DNA from: Eledone cirrhosa
Lineage: Eukaryota
Length of the DNA: 64,000 nucleotides
Assembly (NCBI GenBank): GCA_964016885.1
Contig: OZ024740.1
Coordinates: 261,516,001-261,580,000 of the forward strand
Direction of reading: 5' to 3'
The position numbers and the translations under genes were made by a program. The notes under the pieces were generated by a model, which saw only the letters and a program-made list of their open reading frames with translations, was not told the DNA's origin and did not search any database. Shown here one piece after another: positions 39,731 through 53,375 of this stretch. Within the stretch, counting starts at the first letter, position 1; every line of letters begins with the position of its first letter.

Positions 39731-39874
39731 GCGACGACGACGATGAAGAGGATGATGACGATGCTATGATGATGATGATGATGATAATGATAAAATATAG
39801 TTAAGAGACAATACATTGAAATATTGAGAATAGAATTAAGGGAAGAGATTTGTTTGTCTCTCTCGTATTTCCAA

Positions 39875-40880
39875 GAAATAATTGTTTCTACTTTAGGCAC
39901 AAGGCCAGCAATTTTCACCAGTATATTACTGGTACTTTATTTTATCGATCCCGTAAGAATGAAAGGCAAAGTTAACCTCGGCGGGATTTGAACTCAGACT
40001 GTAAAGGGACGTAACTATGCTAGAAAGCATGGCGTCCAACCCTCTACCGATACTGACAATTCACCAAGAAATAATTGTTTCTACTTTAGGCACAAGGCCA
40101 GCAATTACCCAGTGCATTACTGGTACTTTATTTTATCGACCCCGTAAGGATGAAAGGCAAAGTCAACCTCGGCGGGATTTGAACTCAGATCGTAAAGGGA
40201 CGTAACTATGCTGGAAAGCATGGCGTCCAACCCTCTACCGATACTGCCAATCCACCGCCCTATTCACCAAGAAATAATGATTTCTAGTATAGGCACAAGG
40301 CCAGTAATTTAGGGGGAGGGAAAAGTCGATTAAATCGACCCCAGTACGTTACTGGTGCTTTATTTTATTGACCCCGTAAGGATTAAAGGCAAAGTTAACC
40401 TCGACGGGATTTGAACTCAGACCGTAAAGACTGTAATTCTATGCTGCAAAGCATGGTGTCCAACTCTCTACCGATATTGCCAATCCATTTCCAAGTAATA
40501 ATAAGAATCAGGAAAAAGACCAAATGACATGGGTAACTATATTTAGGAGAGACATGTAGAGAAACCTAAAAACAATATTCTTAATAATTGTTTGTACATT
40601 TGGCACAAGGCCAGCATTTATCTCAGTGCATTACTGGTACTTTATTTTATCGACCTCGTAAGGATGAAAGGCAAAGTTAACCTCGTCGATTCTTAATAAT
40701 AGTTTCTACTTTTTGGCACAAGGCCAGCAATTATTCCAGTGTATTACTGGTACTTTATTTATCGACCCCGTAAGGATGAAAAGCAAAGTTAACCTCGGCG
40801 GGATTTGAACAAAGCATGGCGTCGGACCCTCTACCGATACTGCCAATCCACCAAATAATTGTTTCTACTTTTGGCACAAA
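39875..40880 (-). mobile_element. Head-to-tail cluster of five tRNA-SINE copies plus a fragment
   Basis: Repeated ATAATTGTTTCTAC...GGCACAAGGCCAGC at ~39878, 40071, 40273, 40584, 40696 and 40856. Confidence 0.9.
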
Positions 40881-41337
40881 TGATAGCAAAAATAATAAAA
40901 TACTGCTATTTTATATAATCAGTATTTTTTCCCATTAAAAAAAAAGATCATAAACACACACACGTACATACACACACACATACACACACACATACACACA
41001 CACACACACACATATATATACATACAGGGGTATATATATAATGTTTCTATTTCTCTCCCCTCTCTCTCTCTATATATATATACATATACAGTAATGTGTC
41101 ACTGCTCGACGGACGAGCTCTTGCCGCCCAGCAGTAACCCCTCGCAATACCTGCACCCTACTTTCCTAAGTACCAAGTACTAAGCTGAACAATGGTCTTA
41201 CTAGTCTAAACTGGTAACTCGCAAGTCTCTGTTTATATAAATATTTATATGTAGTGTTATTTGGTGAAGGATATCCCAGTATTGGAAGAGCACTCAAACC
41301 GTGGTACGAGTTGTGGTATACATATATTTATCACACT

Positions 41338-41545
41338 AATAATGGTTTTTCATTTAGGTACAAGACCAGCAGTTTCGAGGACGGGGAAAGTCGATTAAAT
41401 CGACCCCAGTGCATTACTGGTACTTTATTTTATCGACCCCGTAAGGATGAAAGGCAAAGCAAACCTCGGCAGGATTTGAACTCAGAATGTAAAGGGCCAT
41501 AACTCTATGTTGCAAAACATGGTATCTGACGCCCTACCACCCTAT
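41338..41545 (-). mobile_element. tRNA-SINE copy
   Basis: Same family; reverse-complement B box GGATTTGAACTC. Confidence 0.85.
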
Positions 41546-41559
41546 AACGAAGGGCCGTA

Positions 41560-44500
41560 ACTCTATGTCACGAAGCAAGGTGTCCGACGCTGTACCCCAC
41601 ACTCCTGACGATGATTATTCATTAACAGATGAGGCTACTTCTCCTTCTTTAAGTGAAGAAAAGGGAGAGCCGCGGAAATCTAAAAAACAAAAAAAGAGAC
41701 ACCACAAAACCACCAAAACTTCAATCACCAACACCAACACACAACCACAGACACAAACAACAACACACAACACCACAGTCAAACATCCCCCCTACCAACA
41801 AAACCAACACCAACACCACCCCAAACACAAGCACCCACCATAAAAAGAAAACTCCCGGACGAACAACAAACTAAAACAACACAACAAAAACACAAACAAC
41901 AATACGCATACATCAACACAAACAACAAGAGTTTGATGGAGGTCATCTCCCAAAACCCCAAGGTGAAGACGGAGGGCTAAACTTTCGTCAAAGCAGAATC
42001 GTCTCCACACCTTAAACTTATAAGGGTTTCTATGGAAACCTATAATGACCTGTAAAATAAATTTTCACAGGACGTGGGCAACCCTTGCCAGAAACCCACC
42101 AACCACGTCCTGTTAAAATGTTTCCCCACCCAAATGGAGATTGAACAACACGATCTCTAGGAAATGAAAAGGTAAGTGTACCTTTTCGTCCTTTTTCTCC
42201 AACTCTTCTTCACCAACATGGCTAGTTTACGAGTTGTAAGCGTGAATGTGCGTGGCCTAGGGATGCCCTGGAAACAGGCCCAACTTTTAAACGACCTTAG
42301 GTCACACAGTATGGATGTGATAGCCATCGACGAATCCAGGATCCACAACAGGCAGCAACTAACCCCCATCTTCGACGACTTTGAGATCTACGCATCTCTC
42401 TGTCAGCCAGGAGGTGGATGGGGAGTGGCTGTCATGTTTCGAAAGAACCTGGACGTCGAAGTACAACAAGTACACTTGGACCCAGAGGGTGGGCTGGTAG
42501 TCCTAGACGTGAACAGTATTGGAGGTGGAGCCTTCAGACTGGTGGCCGTTTATGCCCCGACGGGCAATCGCAATCACGGCCAGACTTCTTTAAGTGTGTA
42601 GAGTCTTTTCTCGGAACGTCTCGCTCCTTACTTTTAGTGGGGTACAGGAATGGTATCCTAGATGCACTATGGGACTATGTGGGAGCATGTTCCAGTAGAG
42701 GGGGGTGCAACAGCCTCAAAACTTTAATCGGCCAATTCCAACTGGCCGATAGGTATCGACTGGATTTCCCGACTGCACCACAGTGGACGTTGGTAAACCG
42801 CAGCGGCACATCTAGATCGTATTTAGATAGGTTCTTCATTAGAGAGAGACAAGGAGATGTTAAGCTGCCCACAAATGTACATGGTTGCCTATTCAGATCA
42901 CAAATTAGTCGTCTGCATAGTCAACCGTGATAGAACACATAGACAGGGACCCGGATACTGGAAGCTGAACGTGTCGTTGCCGGCACGTAAAGCTTAAAGT
43001 GAACGGATAAGTAGACTAGTCAAGCAGCAGTTAACGGGAGCCATCGTCAACAATAGATGGTGGTACTCTCTCAAGAAAGCAATTGGAGTAGAATCCATAG
43101 AGTTTAGCAGAGAGTTAGCCTTAGTGAAAAACAAAATAGAAAGAGAACTAGTAGCCACGGTAGAGGAGGCACTTAGAAGTGGCAACGCGGCTAGAGTGAT
43201 AGCGTCGAGAACGGCACTGGACCAGTTCTTCGATGCGAAACACGAAGGCTGCGTGGTCAGAAGCAACACACATGCTCTAGGAAACGAAGGAGCGAAAGCT
43301 GCCAGCTGGGCCCGAGTGGCGGAGGCAAAAAGTGGCAACAAGTCCACGATTCGGTCTTTGAAAGACCAACACGGACGCGTGCTACTTGACCCCAAGCAAA
43401 TGTGCGCGGCCTTTCAGCAGCACTCTGCGCGACTGTTTGAGCAGAACAACGGTGAGCCGAAAGGGGCAATGGACTTTAGTTCATACCTCGACGGCTTGCC
43501 GTGTCTCTCGAACACTGACGCCGAGTTCTGCGAAAGACCGATCACGGACACTGAGATACGGGACGCTCTGGGCCGCTGTGGGAAATGCAAGTAACACCGT
43601 CTAGATGGTCTACTCTCTGAGTTTTACATAGGCATGCCGGAATTGTTCTCTGGCGTCCTCGAAGCCGTCTACTCCAATTGGCAGCAGAACGGGAGAATTC
43701 CCAGTTCTGCAAGCAAGGGTGTAGTAACGCTGATCAGGAAAGACGAGAACAAGGGGAACGAAATTAACAAATTTACGCTCATAACTCTGCTCAACACAGA
43801 GTTAAAGATTTTGGTCAAGGTGCTAGCGACGAGGTTGGCGCTTGTCGTCGAGAACCTGGTATGGAAAGCGCAAACGTGTGCAATCCCGACCAGGTCCATA
43901 CACGACAACCTCCACCTCATGCGATACATCATACAGAGGGTGGCTAGTAAACCCGGCTTCGGTGGGGCTCTGATCAATTTGGATCAGTCTAAGGCACTCG
44001 ATAGGGTCGATCATCGATACTTGGAAGCGGTTCTCAAGGCGGCCGGTTTCGGTCCCGTTCAGAGGCTGGATCGAGGCGATGCACACCAGCATCTGCTCAT
44101 GGGTCAAGGTGAACGGCTACCTATCGGAGCCGTTCGCAATCATGCGTTCTATTCGACAGGGATGCCCTCTCTCCTCCATTCTGTATGTATTGACTCTAGA
44201 GCCACTACTGCAGAAATTGGAGCTGTTGCAGGACATCCCTCTAGAACCGGAACTGCGCAAAGCGGCATCGGCTTATGCCGACGACGTGACGGTAATGGTG
44301 TCGAGCACCTCGGAAATCGGGGTGATCGGCAACTTACTTAAAGAATACGAAATGCTGACGGGAGCAAAACTAAACCTGGCCAATCTGTCGGTTTGCAACT
44401 CGGTACGTGGAGAGCCAAACCGATGACGTCCGACAGCGTCGTTGGACGCTGGACGGACGGACCGGTGAACTTGCTCGAGGTCTGGTTCGGTCCAGACCTC

Positions 44501-45890
44501 CATGTGGAGAAAAACTGGAACGAGGTCACGGCTAAGGTGTTTGCGCTTACCCAGAAGTGGGCAGAGTGCAAATTGTCCTTGAAAGGTCAAGCGGAGGTGG
44601 CGAACACTTTCATAGCACCCGTCATTTACTCCCGCTTGACTGTCGTGCCTTGTTCCCGTGAACACCTCGCCAAGATGGAACGCATGCTCTTCCAGTTTCT
44701 GTGGAAGAAGCAGGCTCCGCTGGTGAGGAGATCCGTCTGCTGTCAGCACCCTTCCAACGGAGGAATGGGAATGCCGTGGCTCATGATGCGCAAACATGCG
44801 CTGAGGCCGCGGCATCTCCAGGTATTCCTCACCGACCCCCAACCGGTGTGGGCACCGTTTGTGAGACAGACTTTCCCTCAGCTCGTCTCGCTGACGGAGC
44901 TGCAGTCCTGAGTTAAGTAAAGACCAAAAACGATGGGCGCCTGGCACATTGAATGCACTCAGGCGCTCACAGTCCTCTGGCAAGCGGGCACAGCAATCAC
45001 TGGAGACTCCACTTCGACATTCTATAGAGGGATTGTACGTTACAAGGGCGACGACGTGCTCGGAGAGACTCTGGGCGTCGAAGACGATGAGCTCACCAGT
45101 CTGTTTGGTAGGACTTTCCGCCCGGGACCTATGGAAAACTTCCAGAGGTCTCTGTCCTGGCAGTGCTACCGAGGAGCTCTACCAGCTCGTGACCAGTTCT
45201 ACAGGCACGGACGCCCCGGCAGGGATCCTTCCAAGAGGACGTGTCCAAGATGCGCGCAGGACATTGAAACCGTCCTGCACGCAATTGTACACTGTCCGAG
45301 CGTAACCGACCTGTGGAACTATGCAGAACAACAGCTGTCGCGTATGGGACAAATCCAGTTGACTGCCGAGTCCATAGTAAGGATCAAACCGCTAGCCTCT
45401 TTCAAAAACGAAAGAGAGGCGGTTTTCTTCTGTACAGTGGCTATGGTGAAAGAGGTTATATGGTGAACGAGATTGAGAGGACTGAGGACAGATGCCTTTC
45501 TCTCCGGACAACAATTGATTCCCTTCTTTAAGTATCACTTTAGAAGGAGAATCAGAGTGGAGAGAGAGGCACTGCACCCCAGTAAATTTACTGAAAGGTG
45601 GGTGAATGTGGCAAAAATGGCCCGAGTGATTGGGCCTTCGCTGTTTATAAGCCTGTAGGTTAAAGAAGAGAGCAAAAGGAAGAAAGGAGCAATTGCACAA
45701 CACGCCCCTGAAGATGAGGGTTGTTCTATCGACGGGCTATTAAAAAACCCATTTCTGGTGCTTCCCCCCTATTGGGGATTTCGATTGTTATAATTATTTG
45801 TTTTATATTTTTTGCACGACTGTATAAAATCCCCGGCATGTCTTTGTTTTGTCCCCTTTTCTTGTGCGCCCTTTTGGGAAATAAAGAAAT
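41560..45890 (+). mobile_element. Tx1/L1-clade LINE copy 3 (ORF1 3' part and full-length but frameshifted ORF2, 42219-45658)
   Basis: MASLRVVSVNVRGL, VYAP, SYLDRF, SDHK, GYWKLN, AYADD, CPRC...ETVLHAIVHC; 3' end GGGAAATAAAGAAA before a (TC)n tract. Confidence 0.92.
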
Positions 45891-45909
45891 CTATCTACCT
45901 CCTTATCTC

Positions 45910-46459
<550 letters not shown>

Positions 46460-46467
<8 letters not shown>

Positions 46468-46922
46468 TTATAAATAATTTCTTGACAATATGCTTTCTAC
46501 CTAAGGTTTCAAAGCGTAGTCTAGCGTTGCTTATCGTTCAGGCAAGATATGTCTTATTTCATGCCTGAACGATAAGCAACACTAGCATAGATAGGGTCTC
46601 TATGATCTATGCTAGAAAGGACTTTAAATCGTTAGGTAGCAAGTAACTGTGTTGAGAAATTATTTATAATAATTGTTTCTACTTTTGGCCAGGAATTAAT
46701 CCAGTGCATTACTGGTACTTTATTTCATCAACCCTGTAAGGCAAAGTTAACCTCGGCAGGATTTGAACTCAGACCATAAAGGGCCGTAACTCTTTGCTGC
46801 AAAGCATGGCGTCAGACTCTCTACCGATACTGCCAATCCACCTATTTATAATAATAATGATTGGCTCTGTATATAACGTAGAGCGGTCTTTTCCGTTTAC
46901 CTAATCTACGAAAATCCCTGAC

Positions 46923-46925
<3 letters not shown>
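46460..46925. mobile_element. Fold-back element with a nested SINE (46668-46845); related copy at 48125-48400 also carries a SINE (48193-48375)
   Basis: GTTGCTTATCGTTCAGGCA/TGCCTGAACGATAAGCAAC inverted repeat; GTAGATTAGGTAAA...TACAGAGCCAATCA shared between the copies. Confidence 0.65.
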
Positions 46926-46954
<29 letters not shown>

Positions 46955-46961
<7 letters not shown>

Positions 46962-47790
46962 TGGATATATGAGAGAGATGAACACAGATATAACTATACA
47001 TGGGTTGCAAATGACAAAGTTAGCTAGGTTGAAGAAATACTAATTTAAAATAATATGGACTCGATTTAAAGTAATAAATCAATAAAAATAACAAACCTAT
47101 ATCGGGCAATAGCCTTTTATACCCGGACAGACCTAAATCTGTTTCGCAAGAATTATTAAGTGAAAGCCAGAATTACTGTGCTCTTCTGCGGGTATCCAGG
47201 AACATTCGTACCTTTCACTACAAAGGATCTAAGAAGACTGAACGATATGCTGATATAAAATCACATGTCGCAGCGCCTAGCGCGTCTCATACTCATGCCG
47301 CTAATGAAGTAAAAGGTACGAATTTTCCTGGATACCCGCAGAAGAGCACAGGAATTCTGGCTTTCACTTAATAATTCTTGCGAAACAGATTTAGGTCTGT
47401 CCGGGAATCAAAGGTCTGATATAGGTTTATTATTTTTATTGATTTGGGCGGTGAATTGGCAGTATCACTAGAGGGTTGGACGCCATGCTTTCTAGCATAG
47501 TTACGTCCCTTTACAGTCTGAGTTCAAATCCCGCCTAGGTTAACTTTGCCTTTCATCCTTACGGGGTCGATAAAATAAAGTACCAGTAATGTACTGGGTA
47601 ATTGCTGGCCTTGTGCTTAAAGTAGAAACAATTATTTTTATTGACTTATTACTTTAAATCGAGTCAGGCAAACCATATTGTTTTAAATTAGTATTTTTTC
47701 AACCTAGCTAACTTGGTAATTTGCAATTGGAACACATGTATAGTTATATCTGTGTTCATCCTTCTCATATATCTAATTATATTACACGGC
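46955..47790. mobile_element. Family I: ~270-bp inverted arms, each with an HHR; right arm interrupted by a SINE (47446-47630, 14-bp TSD ATTATTTTTATTGA)
   Basis: 46955-47220 is the reverse complement of 47308-47780 once the SINE is removed. Confidence 0.85.
47119..47195 (-). ncRNA. Type I HHR with CAGAAGA (U4A) core (mirror copy 47332-47408 on +)
   Basis: Reverse complement ATACCCG CAGAAGA GCA...TGC GAA ACAGA TTTAGG TCTGT C CGGGTAT; 7-bp stem I, 5-bp stem III. Confidence 0.8.
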
Positions 47791-47857
47791 TCGGAAAGAT
47801 TCCCTTCTTTGAGCTATTTAATTGTAAAAGACTATTTTGAGTTTCTAACTCAATCTA

Positions 47858-47904
<47 letters not shown>

Positions 47905-47909
<5 letters not shown>

Positions 47910-48105
47910 CGGAGGAAATGTGGTAAGGAACCAGGTGGACCATAACGCACCAAAGTACTCAATACTTAGGGTAGTAGAGTGGGTAATAAGAACCAGTAAG
48001 ACCCCGACGGCTGAGCTCAAGCCGTTTCGACGGCTAATTCAGTCCAGAATTAGCCGTCGAAACGGCTTGAGCTCAGCCGTCGGGGTCCTACTCGTTCCTA
48101 TATAT
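47905..48105. mobile_element. Family J: small fold-back element; a differently rearranged copy lies at 35145-35270
   Basis: GACCCCGACGGCTGAGCTCAAGCCGTTTCGACGGCTAATTC-agtcca-GAATTAGCCGTCGAAACGGCTTGAGCTCAGCCGTCGGGGTC; shared CATAACGCACCAAAGTACTCAATACTTA. Confidence 0.75.
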
Positions 48106-48989
48106 ATATATATATATATATATATAATGTCAAGGGTTTCCGTAGATTAGGTAAAGGGAAAAGACCGTTCTACGTTATATACAGAGCCAATCAATTGGTA
48201 GTATCGGTAGAGGGTTGGACGCCATGCTTTCTAGCATAGTTACGTCCCTTTAGAGTCTGAGTTCAAATCCCACCGAGGTTAACTTTGCCTTTCATCCTTA
48301 CGGGGTCGATAAAATAAAGTACCAGTAATGTACTGGGTATTTACTGGCCTTGTGCCTAAAGTAGAAACAATTATTATTATAAATAATTTCTCAACACAAA
48401 TATATATATATACGCACATGTTTATTTCTCTGTGTGTGTATATTCACACACATATATATATATTCACACGCACATATATATATATTCACACATATATATA
48501 TATATTCACACACACACACATATATATATATTCACACATATATATATATATTCACACACACACACATATATATATATACATCTTTTTGAGCGAAAGTTGC
48601 TGTCATTTTCTAATATTTCTATATGCAATCAGCTAGACATAAAAAAGAATTAATAATAACAATAAAATTTTATAATATAATTTTCAGAAATTTCTCCTGT
48701 CATTTTGTGGAACAATTTTATAAAAGAGAAAAATTTAATTATCTTGAAATTATAGCATAGATACTCACAACGTTTATGTTCAGACAGTTGTCGCCTCTTT
48801 CTTACTTATGTATCTTCTTAGTCACGTGACAACAAACAATAACAACAACAACAACAACAACTCTTACTACTACTACTACTACTACTACTAATAATAATAC
48901 TGCTGCTGCTGTTGCTGTAAAATAAGAATAGATAGAAAACGATATAGTGTATATAAAAAAAATACCCCCTCTTTTGTTTTTATATTTGA

Positions 48990-49850
48990 TTTCGGATGCC
49001 CAGTATAATTCCGGATATCAGGCGGATCAAGTCTGCCTTGGACCAACACCGCCTCGCCTGCCTCCGCTCCGCTTCACAGCCAAACAACAGCGCGTGGCTC
49101 AATTCAGTGCTTTTCTCAACAACCGGTACCCTTCTTGATGCCGAGTGTACTCGCATCGGAGTGGCCCAACGCCTCGGCCTCCTTGTGTGTGTGTGTGCCA
49201 CATAAATGCCGTTGCGGGGCAGTCGTTGACAAGTTCTGCCTGCACCCACTGTCTTGCTGCCAGAGTGCTGGCCGGCTCCCTCGACATACCGCTCTCAACG
49301 GCATATTGAGGAGCCTAGACTCCGCTGACTTCCCACCACAACTGCAGCCAGCAGGCCTAGACCGTGGAGACGGCAATCGCCCTGACGGAATTACCCTCTT
49401 CCCATTCGAAGGAGGTAGATCCCTTATCAGGGACCCCACATGTAACACGTTCTCCGCCTCCAATTTAGTCGCTTCGGCCACAAACCCCGGTTCCTGTGAC
49501 CTGCAATGCAGAGGAAAGGAAGACAAACAAATACTGGTCATTGTCCGGCAGCTTCTTCGCACCGATCACCATCGAGACCTCAGGTGTACTCGGACCCCGT
49601 ACTGCTGAGCTCCTCCGCAAGATTTGAACGTCGGCAGCCCGTCTGAAGAGGGATCCCTGCGAGGTGGGGTGGCTGTTGCAGCGGGTGTCACTGACAATAG
49701 TCCACGGAAATGCTTTCTACGGGGTCTTGTCCACGGGACGCAGCCCCAAAACCGCCACGCCAGAGCCCCTTCCCGTCCCATTCTCCTGTGACCCTAGAAC
49801 CTTTGCCTTTCCCTTTCTTTTCCGTTTTTAAATAATATATTAAAAAGGGA
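48990..49850 (+). mobile_element. 3' fragment of a CRE-clade RLE non-LTR retrotransposon
   Basis: HKCRCGAVVD...HPLSC...RLPRHTALN...DGNRPDGITLFPF (CCHC plus PD-(D/E)xK-type endonuclease). Confidence 0.8.
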
Positions 49851-50380
49851 AAAGAACAGATAAAAATTATACTTCAGTTTTTTACCTTCCCATCCCCAAG
49901 TTATCGAACGCTACTATCATTATTTTGTTTTCTTTCTTTCTATCCCTCAACCCCTCTCCCTCTTTCTTTCTTTGTTTCTCTCTCTTTCTCCCTCTCTCTT
50001 CCCCTCTTTCTCTTTCTCTACAGAATGGTGATCCCCTACCCCCCAAAAAAACCCAAAACAAAAATGGATGATTTCTTTTGATATTCATATGGAAGGTGTA
50101 GTAGGAATTAACAAATGGTATTGATGTTTGAAATTTGGCAAAACAAAAGCCAATCGTTATATTAACGCAGCAGGAATTACACGCAGTTACACACACACAT
50201 GCACACACACACACGCGCGCGCACACACACACATACTTTCACTCGGCAACTGAATAGGGTTTTTAGCCATTTGAAAGCATTAAAACTTTCAGATATATTA
50301 TCTCCAAGAAAATGAAATGTTCAAGTGTGAAACCAGATTCTAGCCTACACCATATTGTGTAAAATCGTTATTAGGTATAA

Positions 50381-50465
50381 GGTCTGACGAGCTTTTCATT
50401 CCAGAGTCGGGCCAGATCGATGCATATCGAACCTTGAGCTGATCAATAGCGAAACGCGCGTAATT
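50381..50465 (+). ncRNA. Long-stem-II HHR with weak stem I
   Basis: GGT CTGACGA GCT...AGC GAAACGCGCGTA ATT, followed by AATAAA; palindromic ACGCGCGU. Confidence 0.65.
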
Positions 50466-50549
50466 ACTCAATAAACGTAATGAAGGCATAACAATTCGTT
50501 CTTTTACTATTATATATATATAATGAAAAAATAATCATTGATTATACAC

Positions 50550-50632
50550 AGTTACGACCGTTTCACAGATGTGTGGTTCAGGATCTCTGTAAATGCTCTA
50601 GAACGACTCCAGCCAGCTCTGCTCATCAGACT
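50550..50632 (-). ncRNA. Long-stem-II HHR
   Basis: Reverse complement AGT CTGATGA GCAGA...TCTGT GAAACGGTCGTA ACT. Confidence 0.7.
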
Positions 50633-51026
50633 TATTAATCAAGCAAAACCATAATCCCAATGTGAAATATCACTTAAAAAAAAATATATACTCTAGTTGG
50701 CCCCGTGTTGTAAAAATGATGGCTAATTGCAATATCTATACATAATATAAAAAAGAGACGTTGGTTGGTTCCTTCGTGCTCACTCACACAAACACACAAA
50801 CACACAGCTGTGACGAGTCTTAGAAAATTGGACTTCTATAGTTTCTTAACCCTTCCTTCTACAGTCATCGCATAGATGTGTGTATTAGACACCTCTTCCT
50901 ACCCCAGTCGACGTTATCACCCCTTCCGTCCTCAAATACACATTGGGTATTATATTAGTAAATTCTTCCATAGCATAAAGTGCTGATTTTGGTACCTTCA
51001 TCAGTGAACGAAGAAACTATTGAACC

Positions 51027-51027
<1 letters not shown>

Positions 51028-51057
<30 letters not shown>

Positions 51058-51950
51058 CTTCTTCTTCTTCTTCTTCTTCTTCTTCTTCTTCTTCTTCTTC
51101 TTCCCCTCCCCTCCCCTCCTCCCCCCCTCCTCCTCCTCTTCGCACACTTATTCCTGAGAGGTTCGTGGGAAGCAGAGTCCTCAAACACTCCTTCCAGCGG
51201 ATCCTGTCAGAAGCAACCGTCTCCAACTGATCAGGTTGGATACCCAAGCGAGATCAGCCAAGCTTATGGATGTTATCCAACCATCTTGTTCGGGGTTTAA
51301 CCCTGGGACGCCTGCCGGTCGGTTTTGTCCTTAAAATTTGTCCAGCGATTCTTTCCAGAGACATTCTAACCACATGCCCTTAAAATTGGATCGGTGATCT
51401 CTCAATTCGGATATGTAGCGGTTCTACCTGGAGTGACTTTCTGACCTCCGAGCTACGCCCTCTATCGAGTAACGTTTACCTCAAAGGCCCTTCGGAGGAA
51501 CCCTATTTCGGCCACTTGTAATCATGATCGTATTCTTTCAGTCATTACCCAAGATTCATGACCATAGGGAAGGGTTGGCACGAATACCGAATTGAAGATA
51601 GCGAGTTTGGCTCCTGTAATTCTTGCACTTAATTCAGTCTCCTGCCTTCCATCACTCGTAAACACAGCCATCAGATGATTGAACCTCTCCACCTGCTTCA
51701 GTGGAACTCCATTCACATGTAGAGTGCACTGCACAGGCTCCCTTCAGAGGACAAGTGTCTCTGTTTTCGCAACACTGATTTTCATTTCAGCCATGCAGCA
51801 CACGGCATAAAACCTATCACGTGCAAACTGGAGATCACCTTCTGTCGAGTTAAGTAACACCATGTCGTCTGCAAATTTCAGCCGACTGATTTTACATCCC
51901 CCAGTTGTGATATCACTTCCTACATGGCTGCGTATGTCACTCCTGTTCAT
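51028..51950 (-). mobile_element. RTE-clade LINE 3' fragment with a (GAA)n tail
   Basis: LKFADDMVLL, MKISVAKTE, PTLPYGHESWVMTERIRS; (CTT)n at 51028-51101. Confidence 0.85.
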
Positions 51951-52704
51951 GAATACATAGATGATACAAAAATGGTAAGATGAACAGGACAACTTAGTCG
52001 TCATTGCCTGTTGAAATAGACTAACACATCAGTTGAAAACCGACAACTGAGCCGATCATACGCATATTCGTTTAACGTGAAAGAATCCACATACTTATGG
52101 TTAGAATGGTTAATAATTTATATTTCAACAACAGAAAAGGATTTAGATGGTTTGCCTTTTGATATGATATACTGTTATGATATACGGCACCTGGCGTTTT
52201 ATCCTTCAGGATTTATCATATTGGTTAAGAATGTATACTGACAGTTTTTCTTATTTGGTAAACACTAAAGATATTAAAATCCTAATATATCATGCGAATT
52301 TAATTAGAAAGTCTCGAGTTTACCAAATAAATAGAAAAAAAAAGAAAGAAAACAGACAAAAATCCCATCGCTTTACTTAAATGTATTTAGATAGCGCAGA
52401 TATTAAAACATCAGTGTAGGACTGGCATATTTCAATTGGATTGTGTTGTCAACTATTGTTTATGCAGTTAAATGACAAGGCAATGGCAGGTGCCGACAGC
52501 ATAGTAGTAGTAATATGTGCATTTGTGTTTAGATATTTGCTTTAATGAGTGTAACTTTCATCAGAAATACAGTTTCATATAATGGCGGCCATTGCCATCG
52601 TCGTCCTTCGAGAAGCAATAAAAATAATAAAGAAATGCAGAAGAATGTAATAGTTGTGCTTGTGATGGAAATGTTGGCAATAGTGTTAATGGTGTGGTTT
52701 GAAA

Positions 52705-52926
52705 TATTGTTGTTTTTGGTGTTGTTGTTGTTGTTGATGTATTGATGTTGATGTTGTTACTGTTATTGCTGTTGTTTTTGGTGTTGTTGTTGTTGTTGTT
52801 GTTGATGTATTGATGTTGATGTTGTTACTGTTATTGCTGTTGGTGTTGTTATTGTTGTTGTTGTTGTTGTTGTTGATGTATTGATGTTGATGTTGTTACT
52901 GTTATTGCTGTTGGTGTTGTTATTGC

Positions 52927-52957
<31 letters not shown>

Positions 52958-53009
52958 GATGTATTGATGTTGATGTTGTTACTGTTATTGCTGTTGGTGT
53001 TGTTGTTGC

Positions 53010-53040
<31 letters not shown>

Positions 53041-53258
53041 GATGTATTGATGTTGATGTTGTTACTGTTATTGCTGTTGGTGTTGTTATTGCTGTTGTTG
53101 TTGTTGTTATTGTTGTTGTTGTTGATGTATTGATGTTGATGTTGTTACTGTTATTGCTGTTGGTGTTGTTATTGCTGTTGTTGTTGTTGTTATTGTTGTT
53201 GTTGTTGATGTATTGATGTTGATGTTGTTACTGTTATTGCTGTTGGTGTTGTTATTGC

Positions 53259-53289
<31 letters not shown>

Positions 53290-53329
53290 GATGTATTGAT
53301 GTTGATGTTGTTACTGTTATTGCTGTTGG

Positions 53330-53375
<46 letters not shown>

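Noticed and set aside
46560-46630. CTGAACGA...GAAAGGACTT as an HHR
   Set aside because: The core is not adjacent to the strong stem and the spacing is wrong.
50985-51010. CTGATGAAGGTACC on the minus strand
   Set aside because: No closing stem II or GAAA.
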